The notes below the pieces were generated by a model. That model was not told where the DNA came from. It worked only from the letters and a program-made list of their open reading frames with translations, and did not search any database. Shown piece by piece: positions 28,522-38,084 of a DNA stretch of 64,000 bases. Position 1 is the stretch's first letter; every line of letters starts with the position of its first letter. Source of the stretch: Gammaproteobacteria bacterium (GTDB lineage Bacteria; Pseudomonadota; Gammaproteobacteria; Steroidobacterales; PWYM01); the NCBI GenBank assembly GCA_007693855.1, contig RECU01000035.1:11600-75599 (forward strand). The letters run 5' to 3'. The translations under genes were made by a program, and so were the position numbers.

Positions 28522-31116
28522 ATGAACACCGCCTACCGCAAACGCCTGCCGGGCACGGATCTCGACTACTACGACGCCCGTGAAGCGGTGGAAGACATCG
28601 CCCCCGGGGCCTACGCGAAGCTGCCCTACACCTCCCGGGTACTGGCCGAGAATCTCGTGCGCCGCTGTGATCCGGCGCTGCTGCCCGACGCGCTGCGCCA
28701 GCTCATCGAGCGTCGTCGCGATCTGGACTTCCCCTGGTACCCCGCGCGGGTGGTCTGCCATGACATTCTTGGCCAGACCGCCCTGGTCGACCTGGCCGGG
28801 CTGCGCGATGCGATCGCCGAGAAGGGCGGGGATCCGGCCAAGGTCAACCCGGTGGTGCCGACCCAGCTCATCGTCGACCACTCGCTGGCCGTCGAACACG
28901 CCGGCTTTGATAAAGACGCCTTCGAGAAGAACCGCGCCATCGAGGAGCGACGCAACGAAGACCGCTTCCACTTCATCAACTGGACGAAAAAGGCCTTCCG
29001 GAACGTCGATGTCATCCCGCCGGGGAACGGGATCATGCATCAGATCAACCTCGAGCGGATGTCGACGGTGGTGGAGACCCGTGACGGCGTGGCGTTCCCC
29101 GACACCCTGGTCGGCACCGACAGCCACACGCCGATGGTCGATGCACTGGGCGTGATCGCCGTAGGTGTCGGTGGCCTGGAGGCCGAGAGCGTGATGCTTG
29201 GCCGTGCCTCGTGGATGCGGCTGCCCGACATCATCGGTGTCGAGCTGACCGGGCGCCCGCAACCGGGGATCACCGCCACCGACGTGGTGCTGGCGATCAC
29301 CGAGTTCCTGCGCAGGGAACGGGTGGTCTCGGCCTACCTCGAATTCTTCGGCGAGGGTGCTGCGGCGCTGACCATCGGCGATCGCGCGACCATCTCCAAC
29401 ATGACCCCCGAATACGGCGCGACCGCGGCGATGTTCTACATCGACGACCAGACCCTCGACTACCTCAGGCTCACCGGTCGCGAGGACGCCCAGATCCGCC
29501 TGGTCGAGCAGTACGCGCGCGAGACCGGCCTCTGGGCCGACGCGCTGGAGACGGCCGAGTACGAGCGCGTGCTGCGTTTCGATCTCTCCAGCGTGGTGCG
29601 CAACCTTGCCGGCCCCTCCACGCCGCATAACCGCCTGGCCACCAGCGACCTGGCTGCGCGTGGCATCAGCGGCACGGTCGAGGATGAGCCCGGCCGGATG
29701 CCTGACGGGGCGGTGATCATTGCCGCCATCACCAGCTGCACCAACACCAGCAATCCGCGCAACATGATCGCGGCGGGGCTGATGGCGCGTAACGCCAACG
29801 CCCGCGGGCTGACCCGCAAGCCCTGGGTCAAGACCTCGCTCGCGCCTGGTTCGAAGGCGGTGCAGCTTTACCTTGAGGAGGCGAAGCTGCTGCCCGAGCT
29901 CGAAGCCCTCGGGTTCGGCATCGTCGGCTTCGCCTGCACCACCTGCAACGGCATGAGTGGCGCATTGGACCCGAAGATCCAGCAGGAGGTGATCGACCGC
30001 GACCTCTACGCCACCGCCGTGCTCTCAGGCAACCGCAACTTCGATGGCCGTATCCACCCCTACGCCAAGCAGGCCTTTCTGGCCTCGCCGCCGCTGGTGG
30101 TGGCCTACGCGATCGCTGGCACCATCCGCTTCGATATCGAGCGTGATGTGCTGGGCCATGACGCCGACGGCAAGCCGATCACCCTGAAGGACCTCTGGCC
30201 GAGCGACGAGGAGATCGACGCCATCGTGGCCGAAAGCGTCAAGCCCGAGCACTTCCGCAGTGTCTACGCGCCGATGTTCCGTATCAGTGTGGAGGGTGGG
30301 CCGAAAGTCAGCCCGCTCTACGACTGGCGGCCCCAGAGCACCTACATCCGCCGCCCGCCGTACTGGGAAGGTGCCCTGGCCGGCGAACGCAGCCTGCGCG
30401 GCATGCGCCCGCTGGCGCTGCTGGGTGACAACATCACCACCGACCACCTCTCGCCCTCGAACGCCATCATGCGCGACAGCGCCGCCGGCGATTACCTGGA
30501 AAAAATGGGTCTGCCGGAAGCCGACTTCAACTCCTACGCCACCCATCGCGGTGATCACCTCACCGCGCAGCGTGCCACCTTTGCCAACCCGAAGCTGATC
30601 AACGAGATGGCGGTGATCGACGGCGAGGTCAAACAGGGGTCGCTGGCCCGGGTCGAGCCTGAAGGTCAGGTGCTGCGCATGTGGGAGGCGATCGAGACCT
30701 ACCTGGAGCGCAAGCAGCCGCTGATCATCATCGCCGGCGCGGATTACGGCCAGGGGTCCTCGCGGGACTGGGCGGCCAAGGGCGTGCGCCTGGCGGGCGT
30801 CGAGGCCATCGTCGCCGAAGGCTTCGAGCGCATCCACCGCACCAACCTGATCGGCATGGGCGTGCTGCCACTGGAGTTCCAGCCCGGCACCACCCGCAAG
30901 ACGCTCGCTCTCGATGGCACGGAGACCTACGACGTGGTCGGCGAACGTACCCCGGGAGCCACGCTCACCCTGGTGGTCCATCGCCGTGATGGCGAACGCC
31001 TGGAGGTGCCGGTCACCTGTCGCCTGGATACGGCCGAGGAGGTGTCGATCTACGACGCCGGTGGCGTGCTGCAGCGCTTCGCCCAGGACTTCCTCGCCGC
31101 CGAAGCGGCGGCCTGA
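28522..31116 (+). CDS. acnD: Fe/S-dependent 2-methylcitrate dehydratase AcnD (aconitase family)
   Basis: 864 aa. The N-terminus 'MNTAYRKRLPGTDLDYYDAREAV...LPYTSRVLAENLVRRCDP' is characteristic of AcnD. Aconitase Cys ligand regions are present ('ITSCTNTSN', 'GFACTTCNG'). It is directly followed by prpF. Confidence 0.9.
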   Translation: MNTAYRKRLPGTDLDYYDAREAVEDIAPGAYAKLPYTSRVLAENLVRRCDPALLPDALRQLIERRRDLDFPWYPARVVCHDILGQTALVDLAGLRDAIAEKGGDPAKVNPVVPTQLIVDHSLAVEHAGFDKDAFEKNRAIEERRNEDRFHFINWTKKAFRNVDVIPPGNGIMHQINLERMSTVVETRDGVAFPDTLVGTDSHTPMVDALGVIAVGVGGLEAESVMLGRASWMRLPDIIGVELTGRPQPGITATDVVLAITEFLRRERVVSAYLEFFGEGAAALTIGDRATISNMTPEYGATAAMFYIDDQTLDYLRLTGREDAQIRLVEQYARETGLWADALETAEYERVLRFDLSSVVRNLAGPSTPHNRLATSDLAARGISGTVEDEPGRMPDGAVIIAAITSCTNTSNPRNMIAAGLMARNANARGLTRKPWVKTSLAPGSKAVQLYLEEAKLLPELEALGFGIVGFACTTCNGMSGALDPKIQQEVIDRDLYATAVLSGNRNFDGRIHPYAKQAFLASPPLVVAYAIAGTIRFDIERDVLGHDADGKPITLKDLWPSDEEIDAIVAESVKPEHFRSVYAPMFRISVEGGPKVSPLYDWRPQSTYIRRPPYWEGALAGERSLRGMRPLALLGDNITTDHLSPSNAIMRDSAAGDYLEKMGLPEADFNSYATHRGDHLTAQRATFANPKLINEMAVIDGEVKQGSLARVEPEGQVLRMWEAIETYLERKQPLIIIAGADYGQGSSRDWAAKGVRLAGVEAIVAEGFERIHRTNLIGMGVLPLEFQPGTTRKTLALDGTETYDVVGERTPGATLTLVVHRRDGERLEVPVTCRLDTAEEVSIYDAGGVLQRFAQDFLAAEAAA

Positions 31117-31135
31117 GGTCGAGGAGTCGTTTGCC

Positions 31136-32317
31136 ATGGCGCGAATGAACCAGGTACGTATTCCGGCAACCTACATGCGCGGGGGCACCAGCAAGGGCGT
31201 GTTCTTCCGCCTGCAGGATCTGCCGGCGCCGGCGCAGGCTGCGGGACCGGCGCGCGACGCCCTGTTGCTGCGGGTGATCGGCAGCCCCGATCCCTACGGC
31301 AAGCATACTGACGGCATGGGCGGCGCCACCTCCAGCACCAGCAAGACGGTGATCCTGTCGCCGAGCAGCCGGCCGGATCACGATGTCGACTACCTGTTCG
31401 GGCAGGTCTCCATCGACACCCCATTCATCGACTGGAGCGGCAACTGCGGCAACCTCACCGCTGGCGTCGGCGCCTTCGCCATCAGCCAGGGGCTGGTGGA
31501 TCCGGCCCGCGTGCCGGACGATGGCCTCTGCACCGTGCGGATCTGGCAGGTGAACATCGGCAAGACCATCATCGCGCACGTGCCCATGACCGGCGGCGTG
31601 GTGCAGGAGACCGGGGACTTCGAACTCGACGGCGTGACCTTCCCGGCAGCCGAGGTCCAGATCGAGTTCCTGGATCCGGCCGATGACAGCGGCGGCTCGA
31701 TGTTCCCCACCGGCCGCCTGGTCGACACCCTCGAGGTGCCGGGCGAGGGCCCGCTGCAGGCCACCCTGATCAACGCCGGCATCCCCACGATCTTCCTCAA
31801 GGCCGAGGAACTCGGCTACACCGGCACCGAGCTGCAGGAGGCGATCAACGGCGACTTGGCCGCACTCGCACGCTTCGAGAAGATCCGTGCGCACGGCGCG
31901 TTGCGGATGGGCCTGATCCGTTCGCTCGATGAGGCGGCCAGCCGTCAGCACACGCCCAAGGTCGCCTTCGTCGCGCCGTCGGCCGACTACACCGCCTCCA
32001 GCGGCAAGGCCATCGCCGCGGCGGACATCGATCTGCTGGTGCGGGCCCTGTCCATGGGCAAGCTGCACCACGCGATGATGGGCACGGCCGCGGTGGCCAT
32101 CGGTACGGCCGCGGCGATCCCGGGCACGCTGGTGAACCTCGCCGCCGGCGGCGGCGAGCGCAGCAGTGTGCGCTTCGGCCATCCCTCGGGGACGCTGCGC
32201 GTCGGTGCCGAAGCGGCGCGCGAGCAGGGCGAGTGGGTGGTCAAGAAGGCCCTCATGAGCCGCAGTGCCCGCGTGCTGATGGAAGGCTGGGTACGGGTGC
32301 CAGGCGACTGCTTCTAG
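31136..32317 (+). CDS. prpF: 2-methylaconitate cis-trans isomerase PrpF
   Basis: 393 aa. 'RIPATYMRGGTSKGVFF' and 'NCGNLTAGVGAFA' are typical PrpF motifs. GAGGAG RBS at 31121-31126. Confidence 0.9.
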   Translation: MARMNQVRIPATYMRGGTSKGVFFRLQDLPAPAQAAGPARDALLLRVIGSPDPYGKHTDGMGGATSSTSKTVILSPSSRPDHDVDYLFGQVSIDTPFIDWSGNCGNLTAGVGAFAISQGLVDPARVPDDGLCTVRIWQVNIGKTIIAHVPMTGGVVQETGDFELDGVTFPAAEVQIEFLDPADDSGGSMFPTGRLVDTLEVPGEGPLQATLINAGIPTIFLKAEELGYTGTELQEAINGDLAALARFEKIRAHGALRMGLIRSLDEAASRQHTPKVAFVAPSADYTASSGKAIAAADIDLLVRALSMGKLHHAMMGTAAVAIGTAAAIPGTLVNLAAGGGERSSVRFGHPSGTLRVGAEAAREQGEWVVKKALMSRSARVLMEGWVRVPGDCF

Positions 32318-32349
32318 CGCCGCTGCACCCGCGCGGCCGCAGCGGCGCT
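32316..32349. terminator. GC-rich hairpin between convergent prpF and serpin genes (candidate bidirectional terminator)
   Basis: An 11-bp perfect stem, AGCGCCGCTGC (32316-32326) paired with GCAGCGGCGCT (32339-32349), with a 12-nt loop. No U-tract on either side. Confidence 0.45.
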
Positions 32350-32359
32350 CAAGCGGTGC

Positions 32360-33655
32360 TCAGGGGTCGACGACGCGTCCCATGAACAGCACCGCGCCGG
32401 TATCCAGGTCGCGCACCAGGTAGAGGAACGGCCGGTCGAAGCGCACCGGCTGTGCGGGGGCCGGCATGGCGGTCACCCCGATGACCACGGCCGTGGCCGC
32501 TGCCGCCTCGGTGCCGGCTTCATCGACGCGGACGAAGGCCTGGTGGGCGATCTCACTGACGTGCAGATCGCGGCCACCGTCGATGCCGGAGAGATCGGCG
32601 CGCTGCGGGTCGAAGATATCGCGCACGCCGAGTGCCTCGAGGGCGCTCACCAGGCTCGCACGGTAGCCATGCTCGAAGCGCGGCAGGGCCAGCGCAATCC
32701 GGGTGGGTTCCAGGGCCTCGACCAGCGCCGCGATGTCCTCGGCGTCCAGGCCGGCCTCGAAGGCCGGATACCCTTCCTCAGGCATGAGCAGCAGCAGGGC
32801 GGCGCGATCGCCGGCGTAGGGCAGCTGCACCGCAGTCGTACCGGCCACCCGCGCATAGGGCAGACGGCTCTCCTGGTGCATGGTCGGCACGCTGACCTCG
32901 CTGCCATCCAGCCGTCGGAACGCCGCCGGTGCCGTACGCTCCGGATCGAACGGCAGGGCCCACGCCGCATGGAAATACACCGCGTTGGTCAGCACCAGCC
33001 GGGTGAGCGCCGTGATGCTGCCGGCGGGCAGCAGGTCCTCGATGCGCCCGGCCGTGGCCTCCGCCACCCAGGCGTTGATCGTGCGTCGCGCCGCCTCGGC
33101 ATCGCGGGCGAAGTCCAGGCGACGCACGGCGGCGCCGTAGTGACGGCCGAGGAGGTCGAGATAGCTCTGCTTGAGCGGCTGCTGGACGCTTTTCCAGACG
33201 GCGTTGACGATGTTGAGGGTGAAGGTCTCCTCCGCCGGACGCCCGGGCGCAGGCGCCGCGGTCAGCGCCGTGTCCAGGGCGTTGAAGGCCTCATGCAAGG
33301 CGGGCGGAGGCAGTCTGAACTCGAGCCCTTGGGTGAGCTGGCGTTCGCTCTCGCCGCGCGCGCCCGCGTGGACCATCGCCAGCGCGCTGGAGATGCCATG
33401 CGGCGAAAAGGCCAGGTTGCCGGGCTGGGCGCCGAGCACGCGATGCAACGCCAGGGCGAAGTCGGTATTGCCCGCCACCAGCGCCGCGAGGGGTTCGCGC
33501 TCGGCCGCGGGCGCCTGGCGCTCCAGCGTCGAGCGCACGGTGTCGTAGCTGGCAGGCGGCAGCTCACCGTCCTGGCTGCAGGCCGCAAGGCCCACACCGA
33601 GCAGGGCGAGTACGAGTGTCGGAAACACTGCAGGCGTGGCGCGTAACATTGGCAT
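32360..33655 (-). CDS. serpin-family serine protease inhibitor, lipoprotein
   Basis: 431 aa. Lipobox 'LLGVGLAAC'. Serpin blocks 'FSPHGISSALAMVHAGARGES' and 'NAVYFHAAWALPF'. Inhibitory-type hinge 'DEAGTEAAAATAV' and C-terminal 'FDRPFLYLVRD..TGAVLFMGRVVDP'. Confidence 0.85.
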   Translation of the reverse strand: MPMLRATPAVFPTLVLALLGVGLAACSQDGELPPASYDTVRSTLERQAPAAEREPLAALVAGNTDFALALHRVLGAQPGNLAFSPHGISSALAMVHAGARGESERQLTQGLEFRLPPPALHEAFNALDTALTAAPAPGRPAEETFTLNIVNAVWKSVQQPLKQSYLDLLGRHYGAAVRRLDFARDAEAARRTINAWVAEATAGRIEDLLPAGSITALTRLVLTNAVYFHAAWALPFDPERTAPAAFRRLDGSEVSVPTMHQESRLPYARVAGTTAVQLPYAGDRAALLLLMPEEGYPAFEAGLDAEDIAALVEALEPTRIALALPRFEHGYRASLVSALEALGVRDIFDPQRADLSGIDGGRDLHVSEIAHQAFVRVDEAGTEAAAATAVVIGVTAMPAPAQPVRFDRPFLYLVRDLDTGAVLFMGRVVDP

Positions 33656-33737
33656 GGCTCAAAGCTGGTGCTGCCAGCACTGTAGCACCTGCGCCATAAT
33701 CCGGGCAGCCACCCGTCGTGACCGGAACCGCCTGCCC

Positions 33738-34202
33738 ATGTCTACCGTGCCCGATGCCACCGACCGCCAGATCCTGCGCGAGCTGCAGCGCGACGGGCGC
33801 ATCAGCGTCGCCGAACTCGCCGAGCGCGTGCATTTGTCGGCCACGCCCTGCCTGCGCCGGCTGCGCAAGCTTGAGCGGGCTGGACTGATCCAGGGCTATA
33901 CCGCGCTGGTGGATGAGGGCGCACTCGGCTTCCCGGTATCGGCCTTCGCCTTCGTCAAGCTCGAGCGCACCACCCAGGACAATGCGCGGCTGTTCGAGTC
34001 CGCCCTGCAGCACTTTCCGGAGGTCATCGAGTGCAACTCGGTGGCCGGCGCGCACGACTACGTGTTGCGGATCGTGGCGCAGGATCTCGCCGCGTACGAA
34101 GCCTTCGTCAAGAATCGCCTGGCCACGGTCGAGCCGGTGGCCCAGATCGAGACCATGATCGTGCTCAATCGGCCGCTCGTGCGCCACGAGCTGCCGTCCT
34201 GA
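33738..34202 (+). CDS. Lrp/AsnC-family transcriptional regulator
   Basis: 154 aa. HTH 'DRQILRELQRDGRISVAELAERVHLSATPCLRRLRKLERAGLI' followed by a RAM domain. Confidence 0.9.
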   Translation: MSTVPDATDRQILRELQRDGRISVAELAERVHLSATPCLRRLRKLERAGLIQGYTALVDEGALGFPVSAFAFVKLERTTQDNARLFESALQHFPEVIECNSVAGAHDYVLRIVAQDLAAYEAFVKNRLATVEPVAQIETMIVLNRPLVRHELPS

Positions 34203-34205
34203 GCC

Positions 34206-35312
34206 TCAGCCCGGCGGCGACGCCTCGCCGAGCACCGGTGCATCCGGACGGGTGTTCAGGTTGTATTTCATGATGCGTCCGTGGCGGCCTGAGCGGTCGC
34301 TTTCCAGGCCATAGACCGGCCCGCCGGGGCCGCGCGACTCGGCAATCACCGCCCCGATCCGGGCGTGGTCCTCGGCATCGAGGGCGAACTCGAAGATCTG
34401 CAGGGTTTTCTGCAGGTGTCGCGCATAGCGCGCACCCACGATCACCCCGGCGACCTGCGGCTGGTCGAGGACCCAGCGCGAGGCGACCGCCGCGAGCGAG
34501 ACGCCGTGTTTGTCGCCGACGGCCTTCAGCGCCGCAAGCAGGGCCTGGAACAGCGACCAGGACCCGAATTCGTCGATGATCAGGCGGTACTTCACCAGCG
34601 AGCGGTTCTCGAAGCTGAATCCGGGATCCTCGCGATCCAGCCAGGCCTCGGTCAGGAAGCCGCCGGCCAGGGTGCCGTAGCAGAGCAGCTGCATGTCGTG
34701 CGCCGCGCCCCACGGCGCCAGGGTCGCGGCCGGGCGCTGATCGAGCACCGAGTACTGCACCTGCGCCGAGGCGATGTCGATGCCCGCGGCGGCGAAGGTC
34801 TCGATCGGGGCGTAGTCCCAGTTGGTCACGCCGATGTGCCGGATCTTGCCACGCTCTTGGGCGCGCTTGAGCGTCTCCAGGGCGCGCAGGGGCTCGCCGG
34901 TGGTCAGGTCCCACCAGAAGAACTGCACCAGGTGCAGCTGCTCAAGGCCCAGGCGCTGCAGCGAGCGATCGATGATCGCGTCGATGTCTGCGGGGCCGAT
35001 CTCTGCCAGTCGGCCGAGGTCCGGCACCAGCTTGGTGTGCACGCAGACCCGGTCGGCGACTTCGCTGCCGCGGCGCCGGCGCACATCGGCGATGAACGCG
35101 CCGATCATCTCCTCCACGCCGGTGTAGATGTCGGCGCAGTCGAAGGTGGTGATGCCGGCGTCGAGAAAGGCCTCCATGTCGGCGATGGCAGCGGCGCGGT
35201 CGACCGGGCCGTGATCACCGGCCAGCTGCCAGCAGCCCTTGATGACCCGCGACATCGGATGGTCCGGTCGCAGCAGTGCGGTTTCGACAGTCATGGGTTC
35301 ATCCCTGTTCAT
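34206..35312 (-). CDS. aldo/keto reductase
   Basis: 368 aa with 'GCWQLAGDHGPVD...AFLDAGITTFDCADIYTGVEEMIG' and 'IRHIGVTNW'. The ATG at 35312 overlaps the upstream stop (ATGA, 35309-35312). Confidence 0.85.
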   Translation of the reverse strand: MNRDEPMTVETALLRPDHPMSRVIKGCWQLAGDHGPVDRAAAIADMEAFLDAGITTFDCADIYTGVEEMIGAFIADVRRRRGSEVADRVCVHTKLVPDLGRLAEIGPADIDAIIDRSLQRLGLEQLHLVQFFWWDLTTGEPLRALETLKRAQERGKIRHIGVTNWDYAPIETFAAAGIDIASAQVQYSVLDQRPAATLAPWGAAHDMQLLCYGTLAGGFLTEAWLDREDPGFSFENRSLVKYRLIIDEFGSWSLFQALLAALKAVGDKHGVSLAAVASRWVLDQPQVAGVIVGARYARHLQKTLQIFEFALDAEDHARIGAVIAESRGPGGPVYGLESDRSGRHGRIMKYNLNTRPDAPVLGEASPPG

Positions 35313-35722
35313 GAGTCTGGGTCGTCCGGCGGCGGGCTGTCCTGCCCGGCCTGCCAGTAGGGTGTGCCGCGTTTTTCAGGCAACCCGGTGGTTTCGGCGT
35401 GGCGGAAATACCGCTTGCCGATGCGCGTGATGCGGAAGCGCCCGCCGCAGTGCGGATCCGGGCAGGCCACTTCGGCATCGGTACTCATCCAGTCGTTCGC
35501 CGCGGTCATGCGCTGTTTGGCGGGCAGCAGCGGCAGCACGGCCGCCAGCGCGTACATCGACACGCGCTGACCGGCCTCGAACACCAGATTCTCGCCCTCG
35601 ACGCGGAAGGCCTCGCCGGGCACGTGGCGACACACGGGCGGGCGATCCCCCAGCACCGTTTCCACGCGCAGATCGTAGAGCCAGAACCCGTCGTCTTCGG
35701 ACGCGGCGTCATCCTGCTCCAT
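35309..35722 (-). CDS. small Cys-motif protein, TIGR04076-like (assignment tentative)
   Basis: 137 aa from the ATG at 35722 (GGGAGGA RBS 6 nt upstream). Contains 'VCRHVPGEAF', 'YALAAVLPLLPAKQR' and 'ACPDPHCGGRF'. Translationally coupled to the AKR gene. Confidence 0.5.
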   Translation of the reverse strand: MEQDDAASEDDGFWLYDLRVETVLGDRPPVCRHVPGEAFRVEGENLVFEAGQRVSMYALAAVLPLLPAKQRMTAANDWMSTDAEVACPDPHCGGRFRITRIGKRYFRHAETTGLPEKRGTPYWQAGQDSPPPDDPDS

Positions 35723-35869
35723 CGTATATCCTCCCGGGTTTTTCGTCGGGGCCAACCCGCGCCTCTACAGGCGGCGAAGGATAGCCAGTTTCGTCGCCGC
35801 ACGCGAAAATCGTGCGGTGCCCGGTGAGTTTGCGCGACACGCGCCCACCGTCAGTTTCGGGAGTCTTGG

Positions 35870-38059
35870 ATGTCGATCGTCTCGCGCCGGATCAGGCTGG
35901 CGGGCCCTGCGCTGCTGGGGCTGCTGGCGCTGCTGATGGCCCTGCAGGCCGCCGCCGATGGTCTCCCGCACGCCGACGCGAGCCTGCCAGTGCGCAAGAG
36001 CGTGCCGGTTTTGCGCGTGGGCGAGGCGCCGGTGATCGATGGCGATCTTGGCGACCCGGTCTGGCGCCAGGCGGCCGGCTTCGATGATTTCACCCAGTTG
36101 CAGCCTAGCGCGGGCGCGCCGCCTTCCCAGCGTACCGAGGTGCGACTGCTCTACGACGCCAACCACCTCTACCTCGGCATCCGGGCCTACGACACCGAGC
36201 CGGACCGCATCGTCGCCAACCAGCTGGTCCAGGGCCGTGGCGTCACCGGCGATGACCACATCCAGATCCTGCTCGATCCGCTGGACTCGGCGCGTCGTGG
36301 CTATGTCTTCTTCGTCAATCCCAACGGCGTCCAGGTCGATGGCCTGACCAGCGGCAGCAATACCTGGAACCTCAACTGGGACGGCATCTGGCACGCGCGC
36401 AGCCGCATCGACGCCGAGGGCTGGACCACCGAGATCGCCATTCCGTTTCGCACGCTGTCGTTTGATCCGGGCCGGCCGGACTGGGGGATGACCGTGGTAC
36501 GCCAGGTCGGTCGCAGCAGCGAGCGCCAGGCCTGGACGTTCCGGGACTTCCGTGCCAGCACCGACGCACTCGGCCTGATCACGGGCCTGCGCGACCTCGA
36601 GGAGGGCAGGGGGCTTGACGTGATTCCCTCGCTGGCCTTCCGCGAGCGTCGGGATTTCGTCACCGGGCGATCGCAGACGGCACTTGAGCCTGCGCTGGAC
36701 CTTTTCTATCGCTTCACCCCCGCGCTCATCGGGGCCCTGACCTTCAACACCGATTTCTCGGCGACCGAGGTCGATGACCGGCGCGTCAACCTCAGCCGTT
36801 TCTCGCTGTTCTTTCCCGAAAAGCGCGAGTTCTTTCTGCAGGGCGCCGACATCTTCGAATTCGCCGATCTGCAGCAGAACGGCCGGCCGTTCTTCTCCCG
36901 GACGCTCGGCCTGTCCGCCCGTGGTGAACCCGTGGACCTGGTGGCGGGTGGCAAGCTCACCGGGCGTCTGGGGCGTTGGAATCTCGGCCTGCTGGGCGTC
37001 CACCAGGACGCCGACGGCGAGATCGACGCCGACACCCTGCTGGTGGCGCGGGCCTCGGCCGACGTGCTACAGACCTCGTCGGTGGGCATGATCGCGACCT
37101 ACGGCGATCCGCGCGGCAACCGTGACAGCTGGCTGGTCGGGACGGACTGGAACTTCCGCAACACCACCTGGCTGGACGGTCAGGCGGTCGAGGCCGGCGC
37201 GTGGGTCCAGCGCTCGTGGAACGAGGATCTCGAGGGCGACGATGCGGCGTGGGGGCTGCGCTTCGGGCTGCCGAACGAAACGCTGGAGCTGCGGGCCAGC
37301 CTGGTGGAACTGCAGCGCAACTTCCAGCCGGCCATGGGCTTCGTCAATCGCCGTGACATCCGTCAGGTCGACGCCTCGCTGTTTCGCCTGTGGCGGGAGC
37401 CTGTGCCGCTGCTGCGCGACTGGCGGGTCGGCGGCGAGGTGACCCAGGTCACCGATCTCGACGGTCGGCTCGAGTCTTCGCGCATCCGGGTGGTGCCGCT
37501 GGACATGTTCCTCGCGGCCGGCGACTTTCTGAATGTCTACTGGACCCGTGAACGCGAGCGGCTGGAACGGCCGTTCGCCGTAGCCGGCGTGCTCGAGGTG
37601 CCGCCCGGGATCTACACCTTCCAGCGTGTCGGCATGAGTTTCAATGGTGCCGGGTTCCGCCGGCTCAGACCCTCGCTGACACTAGAGGGTGGCGAGTTCT
37701 TCGATGGCCACCGCCAGGATCTGCGCCTCGGCGCGGCCTGGCGCCCCAACCGCCACCTGCTCTTCGACGCCAGTGGCTCGATCAACCGCCTGTCGCTGGA
37801 CTCCGGCGACTTCATCACCCGCCTGCTGCGCCTGCGCGCCGACGTGGCGTTCAACGTGCACTGGGCCTGGACCAATACGCTGCAATACGACAACGTGTCG
37901 GGCAATTTCGGGGTCAGCAGCCGACTGCGCTGGGTGCCGCGCCTGGGGCAGTCGCTGACGCTGGCGCTGGATCATGAGTTCCTGGTCGAGGACGGCCAGC
38001 GCCTGGACACGCAGACTCGCGACTTTGGCGCGCGGCTGTCGTATACCTTCAGGATCTGA
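35870..38059 (+). CDS. outer-membrane protein with an N-terminal CBM9-like domain and a DUF5916-like beta-barrel
   Basis: 729 aa with a signal peptide. 'APVIDGDLGDPVWRQA...LLYDANHLYLGIRAYD' is CBM9-like. The long beta-rich C-terminus ends '...RLSYTFRI'. Confidence 0.6.
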   Translation: MSIVSRRIRLAGPALLGLLALLMALQAAADGLPHADASLPVRKSVPVLRVGEAPVIDGDLGDPVWRQAAGFDDFTQLQPSAGAPPSQRTEVRLLYDANHLYLGIRAYDTEPDRIVANQLVQGRGVTGDDHIQILLDPLDSARRGYVFFVNPNGVQVDGLTSGSNTWNLNWDGIWHARSRIDAEGWTTEIAIPFRTLSFDPGRPDWGMTVVRQVGRSSERQAWTFRDFRASTDALGLITGLRDLEEGRGLDVIPSLAFRERRDFVTGRSQTALEPALDLFYRFTPALIGALTFNTDFSATEVDDRRVNLSRFSLFFPEKREFFLQGADIFEFADLQQNGRPFFSRTLGLSARGEPVDLVAGGKLTGRLGRWNLGLLGVHQDADGEIDADTLLVARASADVLQTSSVGMIATYGDPRGNRDSWLVGTDWNFRNTTWLDGQAVEAGAWVQRSWNEDLEGDDAAWGLRFGLPNETLELRASLVELQRNFQPAMGFVNRRDIRQVDASLFRLWREPVPLLRDWRVGGEVTQVTDLDGRLESSRIRVVPLDMFLAAGDFLNVYWTRERERLERPFAVAGVLEVPPGIYTFQRVGMSFNGAGFRRLRPSLTLEGGEFFDGHRQDLRLGAAWRPNRHLLFDASGSINRLSLDSGDFITRLLRLRADVAFNVHWAWTNTLQYDNVSGNFGVSSRLRWVPRLGQSLTLALDHEFLVEDGQRLDTQTRDFGARLSYTFRI

Positions 38060-38084
38060 TCGCCGGAGGCGGACCAAGAGCACC

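Noticed and set aside
37974-38084. An upstream extension of the recC ORF that overlaps the 3' end of the outer-membrane protein gene.
   Set aside because: The extension is Arg/Ser-rich and non-homologous. The RecC-typical N-terminus 'VLHVYHHHSL' begins at the GTG at 38085, just after the OMP stop at 38059.
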